Source: Clostridia bacterium (GTDB lineage: Bacteria; Bacillota; Clostridia; Saccharofermentanales; UBA5734). Taken from it: a stretch of DNA of 64,000 nucleotides. The stretch spans positions 1,564,400-1,628,399 of the forward strand of contig JAXGZQ010000001.1 of the NCBI GenBank assembly GCA_040776905.1, in the 5' to 3' direction. The notes beneath the pieces were generated by a model. It saw only the letters and a list, made by a program, of their open reading frames with translations. It was not told the DNA's origin and did not search any database. The position numbers and the translations under genes were made by a program. Shown piece after piece: positions 57,865-64,000 of this stretch. Numbering within the stretch: the first letter of the stretch is position 1; each line of letters starts with the position of its first letter.

Positions 57865-59420
57865 AGCTTGAGTTTTCCGTTCTTCAGGACAAGATCAGAG
57901 GCTGCTGGGCCGGTAAGAATGCCGGCGGTGTGCTGGGCGCTCCATTTGAAGGACGGCGCGGCCGGCCGGAGATCCAGTTTTACACGCAGGACCTTTCAGC
58001 CGGACCTCCGCCGAACGATGATCTTGATCTGCAGCTGGTCTGGCTGGCTGCTGTGGAACGGTATGGCCGACAGGTCAACGCGTCGATTCTTGGTGAGTAT
58101 TGGCTCAGCTACATCATTCCCAACTGGGTTGAATATGGTATGGGCAAAGCCAATCTGCGGGCCGGTCTGCGCCCACCGCTGTCCGGTTCAGTTGATAATG
58201 TCTACAAAAACTCCTGTGGCTGCTTCATCCGGTCAGAAATCTGGGCCTGCCTGGCTCCGGGCCATCCGGAGATCGCGGTGCGCTATGCCTATGAAGACGC
58301 GATTGTCGACCACGCGGATGAAGGCATGTATGGCGAACTTTTTTTCGCCGCGCTGCAAAGCGCCGCGTTTGTTGAGGATGATCGGGACACGCTGCTGGAT
58401 ATCGCCCTGAGCTATATTCCAGACGATTGCGCGGTGTCCCGCTGTGTCCGCGAAGCACAAACCTGCTGGCAATCAGGTCAGCCGCTGGAAGAAGCCCGGC
58501 GGCGGATCCACGCGCAGGCTCCCGGAACCTTTGGTATTCAGGGTGTCCGCCTCAGCCAGCTCAGTGAGGAGGCCCGCGAACTTCCATTGGGGCAGGCCGG
58601 ATTTGACGCGCCGGAGAATATCGGCTTTACGATTGCCGGCTGGTATTATGGCGATGATGATTTCGGCAAGAGCCTCTGTCTGGCCGTCAGCTGCGGTGAG
58701 GACACGGACTGTACAGCAGCGACACTCGGCGCGCTGATCGGTATTATCCGCGGAGCTTCCGCGCTGCCGTCCGAATGGATGGATCCGCTTGGCGACCAGA
58801 TCGCGACCATGTGTGTCGACCGGACGAGTGGCGGCATCTGGATTCCTGACACAGTCAGCCAGCTGACGGACCGTGTCCTGCGGGTGATTCCCGGATTTCT
58901 CGGTGTTGATGTCTGTGATCTTTTCGCGCCGGGCGGCTACACGCTTGATGTTCTGAGCGGTGAAGCTTTGAAAGCACCGCCTGCCGACGATTATCTGCCG
59001 GAGATCAACGGCAATTCCATCGACCATGATCTTTCGATCTCAGCGCTCGGCCAACTGTCACCCGATACAATCCGCTGTGACTACCCGGCTTTCACGATGC
59101 TGATCCGCTGCCATGACGGCCCGTTCATCCGTCCGGATGAGCCCCGTTCACTGACTGTGACGGTGATGAATAATGGGCGCATGCATCAGCAGCATTGGGT
59201 CAGGATCCGGCTGCATCTGCCGGCAGGGCTGGAACTTGATGGCCCGGACCAGGTCCAGCTGCCGCTCAATTACAATTTCCAGTCCAACGCGGCGGTCACG
59301 TTCCGGCTGACCGATATCGGTCAGCAGGGACAGGCGGTGTTTGATCTGCTGGTTGAGGCGGAACTGGTCGGGCGGCACTCTTCCGCGGTGGAAAAAATCC
59401 GGTTGATGCGGCGCGCCTGA
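57861..59420 (+). CDS. ADP-ribosylglycohydrolase family protein with C-terminal Ig-like domain
   Basis: DKIRGCWAGKNAGGVLGAPFE, DDLDLQ, GEDTDCTAATLGALIG; C-terminal LTVTVMNNGRMHQQHWVRIRLHLPAGLEL. Confidence 0.88.
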   Translation: MKLEFSVLQDKIRGCWAGKNAGGVLGAPFEGRRGRPEIQFYTQDLSAGPPPNDDLDLQLVWLAAVERYGRQVNASILGEYWLSYIIPNWVEYGMGKANLRAGLRPPLSGSVDNVYKNSCGCFIRSEIWACLAPGHPEIAVRYAYEDAIVDHADEGMYGELFFAALQSAAFVEDDRDTLLDIALSYIPDDCAVSRCVREAQTCWQSGQPLEEARRRIHAQAPGTFGIQGVRLSQLSEEARELPLGQAGFDAPENIGFTIAGWYYGDDDFGKSLCLAVSCGEDTDCTAATLGALIGIIRGASALPSEWMDPLGDQIATMCVDRTSGGIWIPDTVSQLTDRVLRVIPGFLGVDVCDLFAPGGYTLDVLSGEALKAPPADDYLPEINGNSIDHDLSISALGQLSPDTIRCDYPAFTMLIRCHDGPFIRPDEPRSLTVTVMNNGRMHQQHWVRIRLHLPAGLELDGPDQVQLPLNYNFQSNAAVTFRLTDIGQQGQAVFDLLVEAELVGRHSSAVEKIRLMRRA

Positions 59421-59434
59421 GCGCGTATCCCAGA

Positions 59435-60814
59435 TCAGACCGGTTCATCCGATGGCTGATCCGGCAGAATAATCGTAAATGTACTGCCGACCCCTTCGGT
59501 GCTCTGGACCTCAATTGTCCCTCCGTGGTTTTCGATAATCTGGCGGACCATGGTCAGGCCGAGGCCTGAGTTACCGTTCTGACGGGCGGTCCGGGCTGTG
59601 TCGACCTGATAAAAACGGTCGAAGATATGGGGAAGATGTTCCACCGGAATTCCATGGCCGTCATCGGAAACGATCAGATGAACGGCATTCAGGCGGCGCT
59701 GCAGGTCCAACATGATAAATCCGCCGGCATGGCCATGTTCAATGCCGTTTTGCATCAGATTGATCAGCGCCCGCACCATTTGTGTCTGATCCAGCGTCAG
59801 CACAATGTCAGGATCCAGTTTCTGGATGATCCGGATATCATGTTCAGCCGCTTTCTCAGCCAGCTCTTCAGCGACCATCTCACAGAGCTCAGCCAGATTG
59901 ATCGGTTCAGGATGCATCAAATCAGCACCTCTGGCCGCACGGGAAAGTTCCAGCAAGTGTGTGACCAGTTGTGACATCTGGCGGGACTGCTGCAGAATCG
60001 CCTGCAGGCTCTGTTCGCGGAGCGCCGGGTCATCCGGATGATCCAGCCCGAATTCTGCCTGGGAGATGATCACGGAAATCGGCGTGCGCAGCTCATGCGA
60101 TACATCTGAAGTAAATTGTTTTTCCCGGTTGAACGCGGTCTCCAGCTGGTCGAACAGATCATCAAAAGTGCTGCCCAGCAGCGACAGTTCATCAATCCTT
60201 TCCGATGGAAGATTGATCCGGCGTGACAAATCGCGGTCACGCTCAATGGCACGGGCAGTCTGCTGGATCTTTTCGATCGGTGTGAACGCGCGCCGCGTAA
60301 CCCGGTAGCCCAGCAGCAAGGCGAACAGGATCAACAGCGGCATGGCCAGCAGCATGGTGATCAGCGCACGGCGCAGGGTCGCTGCCGAACTGCTCAATGA
60401 ATGAATCCCGCGAACCCAGACGCCCAGTCCGTTCGGGTACTCGGTATACAGGTCATAGACCTGCCATTGATCCAGCGTGGTATCGATCGACTGATGTTCG
60501 TCAGAACGCAGTGCCGTGTTCTGGGGGAAAGACTGCGGTTCATGCCCGAGCATCAGGGTTCCTTCCGGCCCGTAGACGAGCAGCGTCACATCATCAACAT
60601 AAAAATCAAAATCGGGACTGATTTCCAGCCAGTCGCCGGGCGTTTCGATGAAGTCGAAGGCATTTTTAACCGCCCGCTCCAGTGAAAGCTGTGAAACCTG
60701 GTTGGTCTGATAGCCGAAGGCGGCATAAAAACCGCCGATAACCAGACCCGTGATCAGGAGAAAGACCGCCGCGTAATACAATGTGACGCGCTGCTTGATC
60801 GATAAATTCTTCAT
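59435..60814 (-). CDS. Sensor histidine kinase
   Basis: HAMP region, DVSHELRTPISVI, LINLMQNGIEHG, GHGIPVEHLPHIFDRFY, GNSGLGLTM. Confidence 0.95.
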   Translation of the reverse strand: MKNLSIKQRVTLYYAAVFLLITGLVIGGFYAAFGYQTNQVSQLSLERAVKNAFDFIETPGDWLEISPDFDFYVDDVTLLVYGPEGTLMLGHEPQSFPQNTALRSDEHQSIDTTLDQWQVYDLYTEYPNGLGVWVRGIHSLSSSAATLRRALITMLLAMPLLILFALLLGYRVTRRAFTPIEKIQQTARAIERDRDLSRRINLPSERIDELSLLGSTFDDLFDQLETAFNREKQFTSDVSHELRTPISVIISQAEFGLDHPDDPALREQSLQAILQQSRQMSQLVTHLLELSRAARGADLMHPEPINLAELCEMVAEELAEKAAEHDIRIIQKLDPDIVLTLDQTQMVRALINLMQNGIEHGHAGGFIMLDLQRRLNAVHLIVSDDGHGIPVEHLPHIFDRFYQVDTARTARQNGNSGLGLTMVRQIIENHGGTIEVQSTEGVGSTFTIILPDQPSDEPV

Positions 60815-61492
60815 TCAGCTTTCCTCGCGCAGGACATAGCCAGCGCCGCGAACGGTATGAATCAAGGGTGTGCTCCCGTCCTGATCGACTTTACGGCGCA
60901 GATAACGGATATAGACATCTATAACATTACTGCCGCCTTCAAACCCATAATCGTAGATATGCTGAGCGATTTTCTCACGGGTCAGAACGATGCCCTGATA
61001 ACGCAGCAGGACTTCAAGCAGGGTGAACTCACGCTGGGTCAGCTGAATGTCCCGATCGCCCCGCTGGACGGTTCGACTGGCCAGATCCATGCGAAGATCA
61101 GCGATTTCCAACACACTGTCTGCCTGGTCGACTGTCTGGCGCCGCAACAGGACACGGATGCGCGCAGAGAGTTCAGCAAAGGAAAAGGGCTTGACCAGAT
61201 AGTCGTCTGCTCCGGCATCAAGCCCGCTGACCCGGTCCTCAATCGCGTCACGCGCGGTCAGCAGCAGCACGGGTGTCGTGATCTTCTGGGCGCGGATCTG
61301 GCGCAGGACCGTCAGGCCATCGCGCCGGGGCAGCATGATATCGAGGATCACGGCATCGTAGTTTGTCAATTCGATATAGGTCTGTCCGTCCTCGCCATTG
61401 TCGCAGGTATCAACGCTGTAGCCTTCATCCCGCAGCCGCCGGGCAGTGATCTCTCTCAGCGATTGTTCATCTTCAATCAACAGCAAACGCAT
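60815..61492 (-). CDS. OmpR-family response regulator
   Basis: MRLLLIEDEQSLREITARRLRDEGYSVDTCDNGEDG...DAVILDIMLPRRDG...GSNVIDVYIRYLRRKVD. Confidence 0.95.
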   Translation of the reverse strand: MRLLLIEDEQSLREITARRLRDEGYSVDTCDNGEDGQTYIELTNYDAVILDIMLPRRDGLTVLRQIRAQKITTPVLLLTARDAIEDRVSGLDAGADDYLVKPFSFAELSARIRVLLRRQTVDQADSVLEIADLRMDLASRTVQRGDRDIQLTQREFTLLEVLLRYQGIVLTREKIAQHIYDYGFEGGSNVIDVYIRYLRRKVDQDGSTPLIHTVRGAGYVLREES

Positions 61493-61658
61493 CGGGATTC
61501 CCTCTTTCAACGATCATTCTGCTCTATTATAGCATTCGCCGCTGCAACGAAGCGTGTCTGGCGATTCTCATCCAACTTTCATTTTCGTCTCATCTGCTTT
61601 TAATCTTCGCCTGATAAACTGAAATCAATTCAAAACCTGATGAGAGGAAGTTGATCAT

Positions 61659-62918
61659 ATGAAAAAGACAAAAAACAAAAAATTGAAGATAGCGGCTATG
61701 CTGGTCGCACTCGCCCTTATCCTTGGCGTCGGAGGATTCTCCGCGTCACGGATCGTCCAGGCTTCTGCCTTTGATTCAGCCCGCAACGCGGCTCGCGACG
61801 CGGTTCCGACAGCGGCTGAACTACTCGATTCAGAGCTGGATGATGATGCCTACCAGTTTGAGTTCTATGATGAACTTTATGATGAATACTATGAGGTCTC
61901 GGTTGATAAGAAAGACCGCAGCCAGATCAAAGTGACCAGCCGGGTTGAATCCGTTCAGGTCACACAACAGATTGACCGGACCCGTGAAGAAGTGGAAGCC
62001 GTGGTCAGAGCCGTTTATCCCGACGCTGAGATAACCTCGGTCAGCCTGTCCGAATATGAGAAGGGTTATGTCTATAAGGTCGTTTTCGCCGGTGATGCCG
62101 TGCGGGGCCAGGTATCGGTCCATCCACAGTCCGGTCAGATTATCAGCCGTTCCCTGCGATATGGATCGTCCATGCTGGTGATGACCAACCCAATCGATGA
62201 TGATGATGACGCGATCAAACCACTGACCGATCGCTACATCTCACTTGAACAGGCGCGGCTGATCGCTCTGGAAGCAGTACCCAACGCGAGTATTCATGAG
62301 ATGGAATATGGTGAAGACGATGAACGCCTGACCATTGAAGTCGAAATGACCCGTGAAGGCTGGGAATTTGAAGTGACCATTGACGCCCAGACCGGCGACG
62401 TTCTGGAAATTGAACGTGACGACGGAACCCTGCAGACTCAACCGACTGAGCCCACCACCACCCGTCCGGCCACTGAAGTTGATGACGACCGTGACGATGA
62501 CATGGGCGACGACCGTGACGACGACTGGAACGATGACCGTGATGACGACCGTGACGATGACCGTGATACGACCTCCTCTCCGACACCGTCCCGCTCAGAA
62601 GAAACAATCACTTCTTCAACCGAGCCGAAAGCAACAGAGACCCAGCCGGCACCTGCTCTGATCGGAGCGGATCGAGCCGCGAAAATAGTTCTGGCGAAAA
62701 TCCCCGGAGCGACCTTTGTTGATAAAATTGAACTTGAACGGGATGACGGGCGTCTCTATTATGAAGGAGAAGCACGACTGGCCGGTTACGAGTATGAATT
62801 TGAAATAGACGCTTATACCGGCGTGATTATCGACTGGGATGCCGATGAAATCGATGACGACGATTATGACGATTATGACGATTATGACGATGACGACGAT
62901 GATGAGGACGATGACTGA
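61659..62918 (+). CDS. PepSY-domain protein with Asp/Arg-rich linker and Asp-rich C-terminus
   Basis: Signal/TM N-terminus, repeated PepSY-type segments (ITSVSLSEYEKGYVYKVVF..., TIDAQTGDVLEIE, IDAYTGVIIDWD). Confidence 0.88.
   Translation: MKKTKNKKLKIAAMLVALALILGVGGFSASRIVQASAFDSARNAARDAVPTAAELLDSELDDDAYQFEFYDELYDEYYEVSVDKKDRSQIKVTSRVESVQVTQQIDRTREEVEAVVRAVYPDAEITSVSLSEYEKGYVYKVVFAGDAVRGQVSVHPQSGQIISRSLRYGSSMLVMTNPIDDDDDAIKPLTDRYISLEQARLIALEAVPNASIHEMEYGEDDERLTIEVEMTREGWEFEVTIDAQTGDVLEIERDDGTLQTQPTEPTTTRPATEVDDDRDDDMGDDRDDDWNDDRDDDRDDDRDTTSSPTPSRSEETITSSTEPKATETQPAPALIGADRAAKIVLAKIPGATFVDKIELERDDGRLYYEGEARLAGYEYEFEIDAYTGVIIDWDADEIDDDDYDDYDDYDDDDDDEDDD
62481..62570 (+). repeat. In-gene low-complexity repeat encoding DDDRDDDMGDDRDDDWNDDRDDDRDDDRDT
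   Basis: Repeated GAYGAYGAYCGT-type units. Confidence 0.85.
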
Positions 62919-62984
62919 GCCATATCCTGATCTGTCCTGATGGAGAGAGCGTCACAGCAAACTTAATTAACCCGGCATAATGGA

Positions 62985-63030
62985 AGAGGATGTCTCAACA
63001 ACCGGCCTTGCGGCCTGAGAGACATCCTCT
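62985..63030. terminator. Hairpin between convergent genes
   Basis: AGAGGATGTCTC (62985-62996) pairs with GAGACATCCTCT (63019-63030); inner GGCC-TTGC-GGCC. Confidence 0.75.
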
Positions 63031-63081
63031 CTTTATTTGTTGTTTGTCAGGTTGGGACAGATGTCAGGTTCTCACCAGGTA

Positions 63082-64000
63082 TCAGGGTTTGATCAGGACT
63101 TTGACCGCCTGCGGCGAGGCCGCCGTTGTAAAGGCTTCCTGCCATTGCTCAAGCGCGTAAATGTGGGACACCACACCGTCAGTGGTCAGCTGGCCGCCGG
63201 CCATCTGCCGGATAATCGTCGGATAACAGTACGGACTCAATTGCGAACCTCGAATGGTGATCTCTTTGGCATCACCGATCAGGCTCCAGTCGACGGTTGA
63301 GGGACCATTCATCACGGAGAATTCGACGAACATGCCAGCCTTGCGAATCATATCCAGACCCTGCTGTACCGCGTCTGGATGTCCGGTTGCCTCAATATAG
63401 ACATCGCAGCCGACATCATCTGTCAGCGCGAGGACCTCAGCGACTGCGTCCTGGTCACGCGGGTTGATCACACGGTCCGCGCCGAATCGTGCAGCCAGTC
63501 CCAGCCGGAGCGGATTGAGATCAAGGACAATCAGCTGTTTGGGCTTATGCCGTTTGATCTGGGGGATCATGGCCAGACCCAGGGTTCCGGCACCAGCCAG
63601 TACAACCGTATCTCCGGAGTGGACGCCGGCCCGTCGGACACCGTGCAGGGCACAGGCGAACGGTTCGACCAGTGCCGCCTGTTCCAGACTCAGTACGGAG
63701 GGCAGGTGATAGTTAAGTGCTTTGGCCGGCAGAAGGGCATATTCAGCCATTCCACCGTTCAAATGCTGTTTAAAGCCGTAGACATCATGAGGCTGGCAGA
63801 GCCAGTACATTTTTTCCTGACAGTACCAGCAGGTCCCGCAGGGTACGATCTGCTCGGAGATGACGCGGTCGCCTGCCTGGAATTCTGCGGTGTCCGGTCC
63901 CGTAGCGACAACATGGCCGGAAAATTCATGTCCGGGGATAAAGGGCGGTTCACAATAGCCGGGCATGCCGCCACCGCCCCAGAAACGGGCCGTCGAATGG
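63082..64000 (-). CDS. Zinc-dependent alcohol/polyol dehydrogenase, N-terminus beyond the window; paralog of 34202-35272
   Basis: HSTARFWGGGGMPGYCEPPFIPGHEFSGHVV...GDRVISEQIVPCGTCWYCQEKMYWLC...; the frame is open to the window edge. Confidence 0.88.
   Translation of the reverse strand, partial: HSTARFWGGGGMPGYCEPPFIPGHEFSGHVVATGPDTAEFQAGDRVISEQIVPCGTCWYCQEKMYWLCQPHDVYGFKQHLNGGMAEYALLPAKALNYHLPSVLSLEQAALVEPFACALHGVRRAGVHSGDTVVLAGAGTLGLAMIPQIKRHKPKQLIVLDLNPLRLGLAARFGADRVINPRDQDAVAEVLALTDDVGCDVYIEATGHPDAVQQGLDMIRKAGMFVEFSVMNGPSTVDWSLIGDAKEITIRGSQLSPYCYPTIIRQMAGGQLTTDGVVSHIYALEQWQEAFTTAASPQAVKVLIKP

Noticed and set aside
62481-62570. Short periodic repeat as a possible CRISPR or tandem-repeat array
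   Set aside because: It is in-frame Asp/Arg codon repetition inside a PepSY gene. There are no spacers of uniform length and no cas genes.
1-64000. Defence island, prophage, integrative element or biosynthetic gene cluster
   Set aside because: No integrase, transposase, toxin/antitoxin, restriction, cas, phage structural, NRPS/PKS or RiPP core genes were recognised. The window reads as ordinary metabolic and regulatory chromosome.

Overview
Window of about 64 kb of a fairly GC-rich (roughly 55%, estimated by eye) bacterial chromosome. It is densely coding. The gene families suggest a saccharolytic Firmicutes/Clostridia-like organism, but taxonomy is inference only. Supported content: an ECF sigma/anti-sigma pair; sugar-acid and polyol genes (galactonate dehydratase, mannonate dehydratase-like, several SDRs, two paralogous Zn-dehydrogenases, aldo/keto reductases, a sugar-phosphate isomerase-like TIM barrel); adhE with a divergent DeoR regulator; pepF; a glycerol-1-phosphate dehydrogenase-like gene; two Cys-type sulfatases; GH9 and GH3 hydrolases; four divergent paralogs of a glycosyl-hydrolase-like (GHL6/trimerisation-type) family; ABC transporters; an ABC-F protein with an attenuator-like leader; a TetM/EF-G-like GTPase; a zinc-ribbon / radical-SAM / ADP-ribosylglycohydrolase operon; LytTR/LiaF-like genes; and a two-component system next to a very acidic PepSY protein. 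No rRNA, tRNA, CRISPR array, transposase or phage module was recognised. Best leads: (1) the ABC-F leader with a 5-aa ORF, terminator and anti-terminator arms; (2) the CxCxxC GHL6-like paralog family; (3) the overlapping-start zinc-ribbon/radical-SAM/ARH operon; (4) a tandem SDR pair in which one copy has lost the catalytic YxxxK. No complete, clearly novel system can be proven from sequence alone.
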